Assembly: GCA_905612495.1 (NCBI GenBank)
Contig: CAJQSF010000012.1
Coordinates: 13,147-77,146 of the forward strand
Source of the DNA: an uncultured Candidatus Pelagibacter sp.
Lineage (GTDB): Bacteria > Pseudomonadota > Alphaproteobacteria > Pelagibacterales > Pelagibacteraceae
Length of the DNA stretch: 64,000 bases
Reading direction: 5' to 3'
Shown here one piece after another: positions 25,756 to 37,641 of this stretch. The translations under genes were made by a program, and so were the position numbers. The notes under the pieces are model-generated. The model saw nothing but the letters and a program-made list of their open reading frames with translations. It made no database searches and was not told the DNA's origin. Numbering within the stretch: the stretch's first letter is position 1; each line of letters starts with the position of its first letter.

Positions 25756-26571
25756 ATGATTAAACAAGCTATAATTCCTTTAGCAGGACTTGGAACGAGA
25801 CTACTTCCTTTAACAAGCGTCTTTGCAAAAGAACTTTTACCCATCAATGGCAAACCTGGAATAGAATATATACTTGATGAATGCATCGAAGCTGGAATTA
25901 AAGAAGTTATCTTTATTATCTCAAAAAAAAAATTAATGATTAAAAAATATTTTTATAATGATGCACTATATAAAAATATAATTAAGCGTAAAAAAGATCC
26001 TCGTATTATAAAAGAATATAAAAAAATTTTAAAATATAAAAAGATGATTAAATTTGTTTTTCAAGATAAGCCGCTTGGTACAGGAGATGCTGTTCTTAAA
26101 ACTAAAAAATTTATTAAGGATAAATATTTTTTAATGTTATTACCAGATGATTTAATAATTAAAAAAAATTGCTCTAAATCCATGATCTCTATTCATAAAA
26201 AATTTAAATCATCTGTCATGGCCAGTATGAAAGTAAATAAGAATGAAGTTTCTAGATGGGGTATTTATAATGTTAAAAAGAAAATCGATAAAATAAATTT
26301 CTTTATTAAAAGTGTAGTAGAAAAACCAACCATTAAACAAGCACCCTCTAATAATGCTGTTATTGGAAGATATATATTACCTAAGACAATTTTTGCTAAA
26401 TTAATTAATCTTAAACCTAGTAAAGGTGGGGAAATTCATATTACAGATGCTATACAATCATTAATTAATGATAATAATAAATTTGTTGGCCATAATTTTT
26501 CTGGTAAATATTTAGACTGCGGAACAATGAAGGGTTATATTAATTCTACCTTAGAGATTGTCAAAATATGA
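25756..26571 (+). CDS. galU: UTP--glucose-1-phosphate uridylyltransferase
   Basis: AGLGTRLLP, KELLP, VEKP, GEIHITDA. Confidence 0.9.
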   Translation: MIKQAIIPLAGLGTRLLPLTSVFAKELLPINGKPGIEYILDECIEAGIKEVIFIISKKKLMIKKYFYNDALYKNIIKRKKDPRIIKEYKKILKYKKMIKFVFQDKPLGTGDAVLKTKKFIKDKYFLMLLPDDLIIKKNCSKSMISIHKKFKSSVMASMKVNKNEVSRWGIYNVKKKIDKINFFIKSVVEKPTIKQAPSNNAVIGRYILPKTIFAKLINLKPSKGGEIHITDAIQSLINDNNKFVGHNFSGKYLDCGTMKGYINSTLEIVKI

Positions 26572-27866
26572 AATTATGCATGATTGGTACTGGTTATGTT
26601 GGATTGGTTAGTGGGGTTTGTTTCTCAGACCTTGGTAATAACGTTATATGTGTAGATAATGATGTAAAAAAAGTTGAGAATTTAAAAAAAGGTGTCATTC
26701 CGATTTATGAACCTGGTTTAGATGAATTGGTTTTAAAAAACTATAATAATAAAAGGTTAAAATTTTCTACTGATTTAAAGAACTCAATTTTAAAATCAGA
26801 TATTATATTTATTTGTGTCGGTACACCTACTAAAAAAAATGGTAATGGTGCTGATTTAAGCCAAATCTATAATGTTGCTAAAGAAATAAGAAAATCTATT
26901 TCTAAATTTAAAATCATTATAACTAAATCTACTGTCCCGATTACAACGGGTGATGAAATTGAAAAAATTATTTCTCAAAAAGTATCTAAAAAATTTTTTT
27001 CAGTTGTTTCTAATCCAGAATTTTTAAGAGAAGGTGAGGCTATAAGAGATTTTACATATCCCGATAGAGTTGTTATCGGAACAAATGATAGGAGGTCAAA
27101 TAAGATTTTAAAAAATCTTTATTCTCCCCTGATATCGAAAGGAGCAAAATACATTAATACAACTAGAAGAGCTGCCGAACTAATAAAATATGCTTCAAAT
27201 GCTTTTTTAGCTACAAAAGTTACATTTATTAATGAACTTGCAAACTTATGCGAAAAAATAGACGTCAATATTGAAGACATTTCAATAGGCATGGGTCTTG
27301 ACAAAAGGATCGGTGGACGTTTTTTAAGAGCAGGTCCTCCCTATGGTGGCTCATGCTTTCCTAAAGATACCAAAGCTATTGCTAGCACAGCAGATAAATT
27401 TAAAACAAACTTATCTGTTATCAAGAGTGTAATTAAGTCTAATGATAATAGGTCTTCATTGTTATTAAAAAGAGTTTTTAATATTTTAAAAAACAAAATT
27501 AAAAATAAAAAAATATGTTTTTTAGGTGTAACTTTTAAAGCTAATACTGATGATATGAGGGATTCGTCGAGTTTATCTATGATACCTTCTTTGATTAAAA
27601 AAGGCGCAAAGATAAATTATTTTGACCCAACAGGCGAAAAAGATGATTTTAAAAAATTGAAAAATGTTAACTTTTCAAATAATATTGCATCTGCAGTAAA
27701 AGACTCTGACTTAATAATAATTCATACTGAATGGAATGATTTTAAATCAATTAACTTTAAAAAAATAGTTATGAACAAGAAATTTATAATATTTGATATG
27801 AGGAATATCTATACTGCTAAGAAAATGAAAAACCTAAATATTAAATATTTTGGTGTTGGATGTTAA
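26568..27866 (+). CDS. ugd: UDP-glucose 6-dehydrogenase
   Basis: GTGYVG, SNPEFLREG, GGSCFPKD. Confidence 0.93.
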   Translation: MKLCMIGTGYVGLVSGVCFSDLGNNVICVDNDVKKVENLKKGVIPIYEPGLDELVLKNYNNKRLKFSTDLKNSILKSDIIFICVGTPTKKNGNGADLSQIYNVAKEIRKSISKFKIIITKSTVPITTGDEIEKIISQKVSKKFFSVVSNPEFLREGEAIRDFTYPDRVVIGTNDRRSNKILKNLYSPLISKGAKYINTTRRAAELIKYASNAFLATKVTFINELANLCEKIDVNIEDISIGMGLDKRIGGRFLRAGPPYGGSCFPKDTKAIASTADKFKTNLSVIKSVIKSNDNRSSLLLKRVFNILKNKIKNKKICFLGVTFKANTDDMRDSSSLSMIPSLIKKGAKINYFDPTGEKDDFKKLKNVNFSNNIASAVKDSDLIIIHTEWNDFKSINFKKIVMNKKFIIFDMRNIYTAKKMKNLNIKYFGVGC

Positions 27867-28324
27867 TTTAACTCGAAGATAGCGTCAACTTCTACAGAAA
27901 CCCCTAATGGCAAACTATTGGTACTTACAGCAGCTCTTGTATGCATTCCCGCATTACCAAAAACTGACACGATTAAATCAGATGCACCATTTATTACTTT
28001 AGGCTGTTCCACAAAATTTTCAGTAGAATTAACAAATCCAGTTAATTTTACACAAGACTTAATTTTTGATAAATCGTCACTACAAGCCTTTTTAACTTGA
28101 GAGATTATATTTAAGCCACATCTTTTAGCTGCTTCATAACCATCTTCAGTAGTCAATTCTTTTCCAATTTTTCCTTTTATTAATTCACCATTAGCTGCTA
28201 TCGAGATTTGACCTGATATAAAAAGCATCTTACCAATTAACTTTGATGCAACATAAGATCCAACAGGATCTCTTGCCTCTGGTAATTCTAATTTTAGTTC
28301 TTTAATTTTATTTTCAAATGACAT
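27863..28324 (-). CDS. RidA/YjgF-family protein
   Basis: FISGQ, NGASDL, HTRAAVS..SLP..VEVD. Confidence 0.9.
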   Translation of the reverse strand: MSFENKIKELKLELPEARDPVGSYVASKLIGKMLFISGQISIAANGELIKGKIGKELTTEDGYEAAKRCGLNIISQVKKACSDDLSKIKSCVKLTGFVNSTENFVEQPKVINGASDLIVSVFGNAGMHTRAAVSTNSLPLGVSVEVDAIFELN

Positions 28325-30910
28325 TTAATCTTTTTTTTTATTTTTTTTTTTCTTATTTTTATCGTATTCTTTTTTTTTCACAATCATTATTAAAGCCTCT
28401 TCCATATTAATTTCTAAAGGGTCCTTCTCCTCTGGTATGGTAGTATTTAATGACTTATACTTAATATATGGTCCATATTTACCTTTCATAATTCTAACTG
28501 GTTTTTTATCTTCAGGATGCTCCCCTAGATCTTTAATAATTGATGCAGACATTCTTCCAGGTTTAGCCTCAGATATTAGTGTTATTGCTCTATTGAGGCC
28601 AATTGAAAAGATTTCCTCAACATTCTCAATTCTTGCCGATTTATTTTCACATTTTAGATATGGACCAAATCTTCCTGAATTTAATATTATATCTTTTTGA
28701 TTTTCTGGATTAACACCTAAACTCTTTGGTAATGAGCAAAGAAATTTAGCCCTATCAAGATTCACACTATCTAATGTAATTCCCTTAGGTATAGAAATAT
28801 TTCTTAAATTATTATCTTCTTTTTCTATTTTCTTTTTTTTCTTTTTCTTTTTTGTTTTAACAATAACTTCTTCCTTTATTTCATCAATTTTTTCATATTG
28901 TAAATAGGGGCCAAATCTTCCATTTTTAAGATACATGTCATTACCATTTTCATGTTTTCCTATAAACTTTGGTTCAGCTAGTTGAGATTGAGCAGTTGCT
29001 TTAGCTTTAGAAAGGGGTCTGGTAAATTTACACTCTGGATAATTCGAACAACCTATAAAAGCACCACCTCTAAAACTATTTTTTAAACTTAATGATCCGC
29101 TGTCACATAACTTACATTGTCTATTAATATTTCCATTTTTATCTCTTTCAAAAATTAAACTACCTAGACTATCGTTTAATAGATCTAAAACTTCTCTAGT
29201 TCTTTTCTCTTTAACATCAGATACATTTTGTTTAAAATCTTTCCAAAATAACTCCAGAACTTTTATCCATCCTTCCTTACCAGTAGTAATGTCATCAAGT
29301 TGGTTTTCTAAGCTTGCAGTAAAGTTATAATCAACATACTTGGAAAAAAGTTTTTCAAGAAAAGCAGAAATTAATTTACCACGATCTGTTGGGTGAAACC
29401 TTTTATTTATTGCTTCTGCATACCCTCTAGTAGATATAACGGATATTATACTTGCATAAGTTGAGGGCCTTCCAATACCAAGTTCTTCTAATTTTTTAAC
29501 CAAACTTGCCTCTGAGTATCTCGGTGGAGGCTGTGTAAAATGCTGTTCATCTAATAGAGTCTCTATATTAACTGGACCTTTGTTCATTTTAGGAAGTATA
29601 TCTTCATCATCATCATTTTTGTTGTCTTTCATAACTTTTAAGAACCCATCAAATTTAATAACAGATCCACTAGCCTTACAGACTGTTCCATTATCATCTG
29701 AAGTTATCGTAATGGTATTTCTATCAAATTGAGCGGGTTTCATTTGAGAGGATAGGGCTCTACTCCAAATTAAATTATATAATTTATGCTGATCTGGACT
29801 TAGATTTTTTTTAACAGTATCTGGTGTACGCATAATATCCGTAGGTCTAATTGCTTCATGTGCTTCTTGAGCATTTTTAGCCTTTTTACCAGAATAACTT
29901 GCTGCATTATCTGGAACATATTCATCACCAAACTCATTTTTTATATATTTCCTGAAAGTGTCTATAGCGTCTGTAGATAGATTGGTGCCATCTGTTCGCA
30001 TGTACGTGATAAGACCAATAGTTTCACCTTCTATTTCTATACCTTGATAAAGTTTTTGGGCTATCTGCATTGTTCGTGAAGCTCCAAATCCTAATTTACC
30101 AGAAGAAACTTGCTGTAATGTAGAGGTAGTAAAAGGGCCTGAAGGGTTTCTGTTAACAACTTTGCTTGAGATATCATTTATATTGAATTTCTTAGACTTA
30201 ACTTCTTCAATAGCTTTACCAATTTCAGCTTTATTTTTAAAAGAAAATTTTTCAATTTTTTTATCATTTAATTGAGTGATACTTGCTAATATAGAATTTT
30301 TAGCATTGTCGTTGAATTGAACACTTAAAGTCCAAAATTCCTCAGGATCAAAAAGCTCTATTTCGTGTTCTCGTTCTGTAATTAATTTTAAAGCAACTGA
30401 TTGAACACGCCCTGCTGATTTAGAACCAGGCAGTTTTGTCCATAAAATTGGTGATATGTTAAAGCCAACTAAATAGTCTAAAGCTCTTCTAGCCATATAA
30501 GCATCAACAAGTAGTGGCTCGATTTGTCGTGGGTTTTCAATTCCATGAATAACTGCTTTTTTTGTAATTTCGTTAAAAACAACTCTTTCTACATGTTTGT
30601 CTTTAATTAATTTTTTCTCATTTAAATATTCTTTAACATGCCAAGCGATCGCTTCACCTTCACGGTCAGGGTCAGTTGCTAATATAATTTTTGAAGAAAT
30701 TTTAGCTGCATCTGTAATTTCTTTAAGATATTTTTTAGAAAAACTATCTACTTCCCATTCCATTTTAAAATTATTATCTGGATCAACAGAACCGTTTTTT
30801 GAGGGAAGATCTCTAATATGGCCATAACTAGCTAATACAATATAATTATCACCTAGATACTTATTGATAGTTTTTGCTTTAGCTGGACTTTCTACGACTA
30901 CAAGATTCAT
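28325..30910 (-). CDS. topA: DNA topoisomerase I
   Basis: VVESPAKAKTI, ATDPDREGEAI, ITYMRTD; C-terminal Zn ribbon and GRFGPY repeats. Confidence 0.98.
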   Translation of the reverse strand: MNLVVVESPAKAKTINKYLGDNYIVLASYGHIRDLPSKNGSVDPDNNFKMEWEVDSFSKKYLKEITDAAKISSKIILATDPDREGEAIAWHVKEYLNEKKLIKDKHVERVVFNEITKKAVIHGIENPRQIEPLLVDAYMARRALDYLVGFNISPILWTKLPGSKSAGRVQSVALKLITEREHEIELFDPEEFWTLSVQFNDNAKNSILASITQLNDKKIEKFSFKNKAEIGKAIEEVKSKKFNINDISSKVVNRNPSGPFTTSTLQQVSSGKLGFGASRTMQIAQKLYQGIEIEGETIGLITYMRTDGTNLSTDAIDTFRKYIKNEFGDEYVPDNAASYSGKKAKNAQEAHEAIRPTDIMRTPDTVKKNLSPDQHKLYNLIWSRALSSQMKPAQFDRNTITITSDDNGTVCKASGSVIKFDGFLKVMKDNKNDDDEDILPKMNKGPVNIETLLDEQHFTQPPPRYSEASLVKKLEELGIGRPSTYASIISVISTRGYAEAINKRFHPTDRGKLISAFLEKLFSKYVDYNFTASLENQLDDITTGKEGWIKVLELFWKDFKQNVSDVKEKRTREVLDLLNDSLGSLIFERDKNGNINRQCKLCDSGSLSLKNSFRGGAFIGCSNYPECKFTRPLSKAKATAQSQLAEPKFIGKHENGNDMYLKNGRFGPYLQYEKIDEIKEEVIVKTKKKKKKKKIEKEDNNLRNISIPKGITLDSVNLDRAKFLCSLPKSLGVNPENQKDIILNSGRFGPYLKCENKSARIENVEEIFSIGLNRAITLISEAKPGRMSASIIKDLGEHPEDKKPVRIMKGKYGPYIKYKSLNTTIPEEKDPLEINMEEALIMIVKKKEYDKNKKKKNKKKD

Positions 30911-30947
30911 TACTAAACAAATTACTTAAAAGACCTAGATAGTCAAA

Positions 30948-31523
30948 TCAATAAATTTTAGTCTTGGTTTCTTCTTTGTTTTTCAATCGTTTGACGTTTT
31001 CTCTATGCGTATAGAATATAAGTACAAACATTATTATAAAAAATATTGAATTATAATTTTCAAAAATTATTAAATAAATTGGAACTACTAAACTACCAAC
31101 AAGTGATGAAAGTGATGAGTATTTTGAAATAAGAAATGTAGCAGCCCAACTAACGACAAATACCAAGCCCAGAACTATGTTTATTGAAAATAATATTCCT
31201 ACATATGTTGCAACACCCTTACCCCCTTTAAACTTGAGCCATATAGGGAAAACGTGTCCCAAGAATGCACTTAGTGATGCAATAAAAATATAATCAGGAT
31301 AATTAAATTTTACATATAAAACAGGCAATATAGCTTTTGTTATATCTAGCAATAAAGTTGCGTAGCCTAACGTTTTATTACCTGTTCTAAGAGCATTTGT
31401 AGCTCCAATGTTTCCTGAACCAATATCTCTAATATCTTTTTTTAAAAATATTTTTGTAAGTATAAAACCAAAAGGTATTGATCCTAATAAATATGAGCTT
31501 AACGCAACAATTAAATATTCCAT
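30948..31523 (-). CDS. plsY: Glycerol-3-phosphate acyltransferase PlsY
   Basis: GSGNIGATNALR, FKGGKGVAT, HRENVKRL. Confidence 0.97.
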   Translation of the reverse strand: MEYLIVALSSYLLGSIPFGFILTKIFLKKDIRDIGSGNIGATNALRTGNKTLGYATLLLDITKAILPVLYVKFNYPDYIFIASLSAFLGHVFPIWLKFKGGKGVATYVGILFSINIVLGLVFVVSWAATFLISKYSSLSSLVGSLVVPIYLIIFENYNSIFFIIMFVLIFYTHRENVKRLKNKEETKTKIY

Positions 31524-31525
31524 TA

Positions 31526-32812
31526 TTATAACTTAAATAATTCTTCACCTTTTACAAATGTATTAGTGACTTTACCTTGGAGTTTTTTGTCTTCAATGGA
31601 AGTGTTTTTTGATTTGGAGATAAGTTTATCTTTTTTAACAACCCACGGTTTATCAATATCTACAATGCAAAAATCTGCTTCATTACCTACTGAAAGATTA
31701 CCCTTATCAATTTTTAAAATTTTTGCAGGGTTTGATGTTAAGGCTTTAATTATAGTTTCTAATTTAACAGAGCCATTGTGATACAACTCTAGACTTAGTG
31801 ATAAAAGTGTTTCTATTCCAGAAGCTCCTGTAGAAGCTTGTGCAAACGTTAATCTTTTTTGTTCTTCATCTTCTGGTTTATGATCAGATACAATAACATC
31901 TATCATTTCATCTTTTAATCCTTGTACTAGCGCAATTCTATCTTCTTCAGTTCTTAATGGTGGTGACAACTTTAAGAAAGTTCTGAAATCACCTATATCA
32001 TTTTCATTTAACGAAAGGTTATTTATGGAGACACCTGTCGTAAACTTAACTTTATTTTTTCTTTCTTCAATAATTTCAACTGATTTTGCAGCTGAAATTT
32101 GCGATATGTGATATCTGCATTTAATACTTTCAAGCAACGTTAAATCTCTTTCAATAATTATTCTTTCAGCAACAGCAGGTATTCCAGATAACCCAAGTTT
32201 AGTTGCAATAATTCCAGAATTAATCATTCCATTTTTGGATAAATCATAATCTTCAGCATGCTGCATGATTAGTGTGCCTAAATCTTTAGCTGAGTTCATT
32301 ATACGAGACATCAGTCTAGTATTTTGAATTGTTTTAACTCCATCAGTAAATCCAATTATTCCTCTACTTTGAAGTAGACCAAATTCAGTCATGGTAGTTC
32401 CTTCAATATTTTTTGTAAGAGCGGCACTTGGAAAAACATTAATTTTAGATTTGTCTCTTCCACGTCTTATTAAAAAGTCTACTATTGAAACGTTATCTAT
32501 AATTGGATCCGTATTAGGCATAGTAACAACTGAAGTAACACCTCCTGCAAGTGCTGCATTACTTAGAGTTCTAAAATTTTCTTTATATTCATAACCAGGC
32601 TCACCTGCAAAGACACGCATATCAACAAGACCAGGGAATATATATTTGCCATTCAAGTCTATTACTTTTTCTCTTGATGGAATGTTGTTAGAATTTACTT
32701 TTTTACCAATAGCTTCAATCAAGCCATCTTCACCAATAATTAATCCACCGTTCTCATTGATAGAGTTATGAGGGTCAATTATATTTGCATTTATAAAGTA
32801 TTGTTTTTTCAT
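31526..32812 (-). CDS. pyrC: Dihydroorotase family protein (PyrC/PyrC'-like)
   Basis: AALAGGVT, MPNT, KLSPPLR, SDHKP; PGLVDMRV replaces the usual HxH motif; adjacent to pyrB. Confidence 0.85.
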   Translation of the reverse strand: MKKQYFINANIIDPHNSINENGGLIIGEDGLIEAIGKKVNSNNIPSREKVIDLNGKYIFPGLVDMRVFAGEPGYEYKENFRTLSNAALAGGVTSVVTMPNTDPIIDNVSIVDFLIRRGRDKSKINVFPSAALTKNIEGTTMTEFGLLQSRGIIGFTDGVKTIQNTRLMSRIMNSAKDLGTLIMQHAEDYDLSKNGMINSGIIATKLGLSGIPAVAERIIIERDLTLLESIKCRYHISQISAAKSVEIIEERKNKVKFTTGVSINNLSLNENDIGDFRTFLKLSPPLRTEEDRIALVQGLKDEMIDVIVSDHKPEDEEQKRLTFAQASTGASGIETLLSLSLELYHNGSVKLETIIKALTSNPAKILKIDKGNLSVGNEADFCIVDIDKPWVVKKDKLISKSKNTSIEDKKLQGKVTNTFVKGEELFKL

Positions 32813-33754
32813 TTATTCACAAAATATTTTTAAACAAGCCATTCTTACTGCAACACCTAGCTCAACCTGTTCCTTAATTACGCTTCTGTTAATGTCATCT
32901 GCTAATTTTGTATCAATTTCAATTCCTCTATTCATTGGACCTGGGTGCATAATTAAAGCATCATCTTTCGCATGAGAAAGCTTATCTGGAGTTAGTCCAT
33001 AATATTCATAGTATTCTCTATTAGAAGATAAGAAAGAACTAGTCATTCTTTCATTTTGTAACCTTAGCATCATTACAATATCACAATCTTTCAGACCTTT
33101 TTTCATATCTGTAAATGTATTAACGCCAAACTTCTCTATTTCTTTTGGCATTAAGTTTGATGGTGCAATAATATTAACTTCTGCACCCAACATATTTAGA
33201 AGATAAATATTTGATCTTGCAACACGTGAATGAGTTATGTCACCACAAATCGCAACTCTTAAACCTTCAATTTTCTTTTTACGATTTATAATTGTTAAAG
33301 CATCTAATAAAGCTTGAGTAGGGTGTTCACGGCTTCCATCACCAGCATTAAGTACTGCACAGTTTACTTTTTGAGATAAAAGATTACATGCACCTGAATC
33401 TTGATGTCTAATTACAATTATATCTGGATGCATTGCATTTAAAGTCATTGCAGTGTCTATTAGTGTTTCACCTTTCTTAACCGCAGAGTTCGCCATGTTC
33501 ATTGACATAACATCCGCACCCAATCTTTTTCCAGCTAATTCAAATGAACTTTGTGTTCTAGTGGAGGGTTCAAAAAATAAATTAATTTGAGTTTTACCAC
33601 CCAAGATATTCAATCTTTTATTTTTACTTTGGTTAAGTTTAATAAAAGTCTTAGCCTCATCTAAAATTAAATTAACATCATTTATGGATAGATCTTGTAT
33701 ACCTAGGAGGTGTTTTTGAGATATTTTAATAGCTTTATTAGTTTTGGTTGCCAT
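32813..33754 (-). CDS. pyrB: Aspartate carbamoyltransferase catalytic subunit
   Basis: [21 protein letters not shown]. Confidence 0.98.
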   Translation of the reverse strand: MATKTNKAIKISQKHLLGIQDLSINDVNLILDEAKTFIKLNQSKNKRLNILGGKTQINLFFEPSTRTQSSFELAGKRLGADVMSMNMANSAVKKGETLIDTAMTLNAMHPDIIVIRHQDSGACNLLSQKVNCAVLNAGDGSREHPTQALLDALTIINRKKKIEGLRVAICGDITHSRVARSNIYLLNMLGAEVNIIAPSNLMPKEIEKFGVNTFTDMKKGLKDCDIVMMLRLQNERMTSSFLSSNREYYEYYGLTPDKLSHAKDDALIMHPGPMNRGIEIDTKLADDINRSVIKEQVELGVAVRMACLKIFCE

Positions 33755-33796
33755 TAAAACTAATTCTATAACTATTAAGTATACCTATGGCAAGTA

Positions 33797-34252
33797 TTAA
33801 TTGTTTAAAAAGTCTATAGCTCCTTGCAAAATAAAAGCTGCTGCATTTTGATCGATAGTTTTAACTCTTTTGGATACGTTAATATCCAAAAAACTTGAGA
33901 TGTTAAAGGCTCCAACTGTTGATAACCTTTCATCCCATAGAATTACAGGTAGATCAATAGATTTTGAAATATTTAATGCAACGTCGTTAACAGATTGAGC
34001 CGACCTTCCAAGTGAACCATCCATATTTACTGGATTACCAATAATGATACCACCGATATTGTTTTCTTTAATAATCACATTAAGTTGATCAATAAGTTCA
34101 TTAGTATTTGTTTTATTTATAGTTTTAAACGGTGTCGCAATTGATTGTTTCTCGTCACAAATAGAGACACCAATTCTTTTAGACCCCAAATCTAAACCAA
34201 TAAATCGTACTTTATTTGAGCGTTTTATTTTAAAATCTTCAATTGTGATCAT
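33797..34252 (-). CDS. yqgF: YqgF/RuvX-family nuclease
   Basis: GLDLGSKRIG, WDERLST, D..AAAFILQ; ATG at 34252 preferred. Confidence 0.93.
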   Translation of the reverse strand: MITIEDFKIKRSNKVRFIGLDLGSKRIGVSICDEKQSIATPFKTINKTNTNELIDQLNVIIKENNIGGIIIGNPVNMDGSLGRSAQSVNDVALNISKSIDLPVILWDERLSTVGAFNISSFLDINVSKRVKTIDQNAAAFILQGAIDFLNN

Positions 34253-34303
34253 ATTGTATATTTTATACTTAAGTGATAGTTTGCCAACATATTTAATTAC
34301 CAC

Positions 34304-34591
34304 ATGACAATTGATCTTAAAACAATAAAGCACATCTCTAAATTATCAAGAATTTCAGTTGATGATGAAAAAGCTAAAAAATTAGCTGGAGATATGAACT
34401 CTATATTTAATTTTATTGAAAAATTGAAAGAACTCGATACCAATAACGTAGAACCTTTAACTTCTGTTGCTGAAACAACATTAAAATTAAGAATAGATGA
34501 AGTTAAAAGTGACAATATTAAAGAGCAAGTTTTAAAAAACTCTCCAGATGAAAATGAAGATTTTTTTGTAGTACCAAGGGTGGTTGAATAA
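34304..34591 (+). CDS. gatC: Asp/Glu-tRNA amidotransferase subunit C
   Basis: [17 protein letters not shown]; precedes gatA. Confidence 0.96.
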   Translation: MTIDLKTIKHISKLSRISVDDEKAKKLAGDMNSIFNFIEKLKELDTNNVEPLTSVAETTLKLRIDEVKSDNIKEQVLKNSPDENEDFFVVPRVVE

Positions 34592-36048
34592 TGTCAGACA
34601 TCACTTCACTTACTCTAACTGATCTAGTTAAAAGTATTAAAGATAAAAAAATTTCATCAGAAGAAACTACTAGAGCTTTTATTGATAGAGGAGAAAAATC
34701 TAGAGATTTAAATGCTTATATTACAGAAGATTTTTCTAACGCACTTGATAAAGCCATAGCCTTCGATCAAAAACCAAACTTTGATTTAAAGCTACCAGGA
34801 ATTCCAATGGCTGTTAAAGATTTGTTTTGTACAAATGGAGTAAAGACAACAGCGGGTAGTAAAATTCTAAATAATTTTATCCCACCATACGAGTCGACAG
34901 TTACTCAAAATATTTGGAACGAAGGAGCAATTTTACTTGGTAAATTAAATTGTGATGAGTTTGCAATGGGATCCTCTAATGAAACAAGTTTTTTTGGAAG
35001 TGTACAAAGCCCAATAGATAAAGATTTAGTGCCAGGTGGTTCATCTGGTGGGTCAGCATCAGCCCTAGCAGCCAATTTAACACCTATTACAATTGGAACT
35101 GACACAGGTGGATCTATAAGACAACCTGCTTCATTTACTGGCACAGTAGGTCTGAAGCCTACTTATGGTAGCTGTTCAAGGTATGGTATTGTTGCTTTTG
35201 CATCATCTCTAGATCAAGCAGGTCCCATGTCTAAAAATGTGAAAGATTGTGCTCTGCTTCAAGAAATTATTAGCACATATGATGAGAAGGATTCAACATC
35301 AATTGATTTTAAGAGAAACGCATATAGCAAAGAATTAACAAATAATATTAAGGGTAAGAAAATTGGAATTCCAAAAGAATATACAGTTGATGGAATGCCT
35401 AAAGAAATTGAAGACCTTTGGGCTAAAGGGATTGAGTATGCAAAAGATTGTGGTGCAGAAATAGTTGAAATTTCATTACCCCATACAAATTATGCATTAC
35501 CTGCATATTATATTGTTGCACCAGCTGAAGCTTCTTCGAACCTAGCAAGATACGATGGTGTTAAGTATGGATTTAGATCAAAGGGTGAAAACTTAATTGA
35601 TATGTATGAAAAAACTAGATCTGAAGGTTTTGGTGAAGAAGTTCAAAGAAGAATAATGATTGGTACATATGTCTTATCATCAGGTTATTATGATGCTTAT
35701 TACATAAAAGCTCAAAAAGTTAGAAAACTAATTAAAAATGATTTTGATGAAGCTTATAAAAAAGTTGATGCAATATTAACTCCGTCGACACCAAGCGCTG
35801 CATTTAAAATTGGTGAAAAAACTAATGATCCAGTTTCCATGTATTTAAATGATATATTTACAGTCCCAGTGAACTTAGCAGGATTACCAGCTATTTCTAT
35901 ACCAGCTGGTGTAGATGCCAAAGGTTACCCATTAGGCTTACAAATCATTGGTAAAGCTTTTGATGAACAAAATATTTTAAACATTGCTTATGCAATGGAA
36001 GAAAAAATTGAATTTAAAAATAAAATTACTGACTGGTGGATTAAATAA
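34591..36048 (+). CDS. gatA: Asp/Glu-tRNA amidotransferase subunit A
   Basis: Amidase signature [19 protein letters not shown]. Confidence 0.98.
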   Translation: MSDITSLTLTDLVKSIKDKKISSEETTRAFIDRGEKSRDLNAYITEDFSNALDKAIAFDQKPNFDLKLPGIPMAVKDLFCTNGVKTTAGSKILNNFIPPYESTVTQNIWNEGAILLGKLNCDEFAMGSSNETSFFGSVQSPIDKDLVPGGSSGGSASALAANLTPITIGTDTGGSIRQPASFTGTVGLKPTYGSCSRYGIVAFASSLDQAGPMSKNVKDCALLQEIISTYDEKDSTSIDFKRNAYSKELTNNIKGKKIGIPKEYTVDGMPKEIEDLWAKGIEYAKDCGAEIVEISLPHTNYALPAYYIVAPAEASSNLARYDGVKYGFRSKGENLIDMYEKTRSEGFGEEVQRRIMIGTYVLSSGYYDAYYIKAQKVRKLIKNDFDEAYKKVDAILTPSTPSAAFKIGEKTNDPVSMYLNDIFTVPVNLAGLPAISIPAGVDAKGYPLGLQIIGKAFDEQNILNIAYAMEEKIEFKNKITDWWIK

Positions 36049-37524
36049 ATGACAAAAGATAGTTCAGAATATTTAATCGAAAGATATAATAATGTTTATG
36101 AAGTAGTAATTGGTCTTGAAGTCCATGCACAAGTTACATCAAACTCAAAATTATTTTCATCTTCATCAACAACTTTTGGCGCAGAGCCTAATACCCAAGT
36201 TAGTTTGGTCGATGCTGCTTTTCCTGGAATGCTTCCAGTGATTAATGAGTATTGTGTAAAACAAGCAATCAAAACTGGTATAGGTTTAAAAGCACAAATA
36301 AATAAAAGATCTGTGTTTGATAGAAAAAACTATTTTTATGCAGACCTTCCTCAAGGTTATCAGATTTCACAATTTAAATTTCCAATAGTAGGAGAGGGTA
36401 CTGTTATACTTGATATGGAAAACGGCCCTAAAGAAGTTGGTATTGAAAGATTACATTTAGAGCAAGATGCTGGAAAAAGTATTCATGATATGGACCCACA
36501 AAATACATTAGTTGATTTAAATAGATCGGGTGTAGCTTTAATGGAAATTGTTAGTAAACCTGACATGAGAACGCCTGATGAAGTCAGCGCTTATGTAAAA
36601 AAACTAAGATCTATTATGAGATATCTAGGTACGTGTGACGGAAATATGCAAGAAGGTTCTTTAAGAGCAGATGTTAATATCTCCGTTCGAATTAAAGGTT
36701 CTGATGTACTTGGAACACGTTGTGAAATTAAAAATGTAAACTCAATTAAATTTATGCAAATGGCAATTGATTATGAAGCTAATAGACAGGTTGATTTAAT
36801 TGAAGAGGGTAAAACGATTGATCAAGAAACAAGATTGTTTGACACTAAAAAAAATGAAACAAGATCCATGAGATCTAAAGAAGATGCTCATGATTATAGA
36901 TATTTCCCAGATCCAGATTTATTACCATTAGAGGTAACAGATGAGTTTATTGAAAAACTTAAATTAGATATTCCAGAATTACCAGATGAAAAAAAGAAAA
37001 GATTTATTGATAAATTTAAAGTGTCTCCTTATGAGGCAACAATTTTAGTATCAGATATTGATACAGCAAAATATTTTGAAGAAGTAGTTGCAAAAATGGG
37101 CAAGAACCAAGATATGAAATTAGCAGTTAACTGGATTACAGGTGAATTGTTTGCTGTTTTAAACAATAAAAATTTAGAAATTACACAAAGTCCAATAAGT
37201 GCAAAAAATTTGGCAAAGTTAATTAATCTAATTAAGAATGGAACAATTTCCGGAAAAATAGCTAAAACAATATTTGAATTAATGATGGATGGAGACAAAG
37301 ATCCTCAAATAATTGTTGAAGAAAAAGGCTTAAAACAAGAAAGTGATCCCAAAGCATTAGAGGCTTTAATTGATAAGATTATCAATGATAACAGGGAAAA
37401 AGCTATTGAATATAAGAATGGTAAAGAAAAGCTATTTGGTTTCTTTGTAGGACAAGCCATGAAAGCTTCAAGTGGTAAAGCTAACCCTCAATTAATAAAT
37501 GAGATATTAAAGAAAAAACTCTAA
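36049..37524 (+). CDS. gatB: Asp/Glu-tRNA amidotransferase subunit B
   Basis: [25 protein letters not shown]. Confidence 0.98.
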   Translation: MTKDSSEYLIERYNNVYEVVIGLEVHAQVTSNSKLFSSSSTTFGAEPNTQVSLVDAAFPGMLPVINEYCVKQAIKTGIGLKAQINKRSVFDRKNYFYADLPQGYQISQFKFPIVGEGTVILDMENGPKEVGIERLHLEQDAGKSIHDMDPQNTLVDLNRSGVALMEIVSKPDMRTPDEVSAYVKKLRSIMRYLGTCDGNMQEGSLRADVNISVRIKGSDVLGTRCEIKNVNSIKFMQMAIDYEANRQVDLIEEGKTIDQETRLFDTKKNETRSMRSKEDAHDYRYFPDPDLLPLEVTDEFIEKLKLDIPELPDEKKKRFIDKFKVSPYEATILVSDIDTAKYFEEVVAKMGKNQDMKLAVNWITGELFAVLNNKNLEITQSPISAKNLAKLINLIKNGTISGKIAKTIFELMMDGDKDPQIIVEEKGLKQESDPKALEALIDKIINDNREKAIEYKNGKEKLFGFFVGQAMKASSGKANPQLINEILKKKL

Positions 37525-37641
37525 TATTGTTGATAAAATTTTGACTCATATTGGTCATCCCATATTTACATAACAAAAAAATAATAATAAACTTCAATAT
37601 TGGTTAAATTTTAAATATTAAATAAAGAAATTCCAAAATAG

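Noticed and set aside
28325-28860. Long T/A homopolymers at the topA 3' end (also in the rpsK 5' region)
   Set aside because: They encode in-frame Lys-rich tracts typical of AT-rich genomes; reading frames are intact
37542-37557. TGAC-N8-GTCA dyad upstream of the autotransporter
   Set aside because: Only 4-bp arms, single occurrence, no regulator nearby; could be chance
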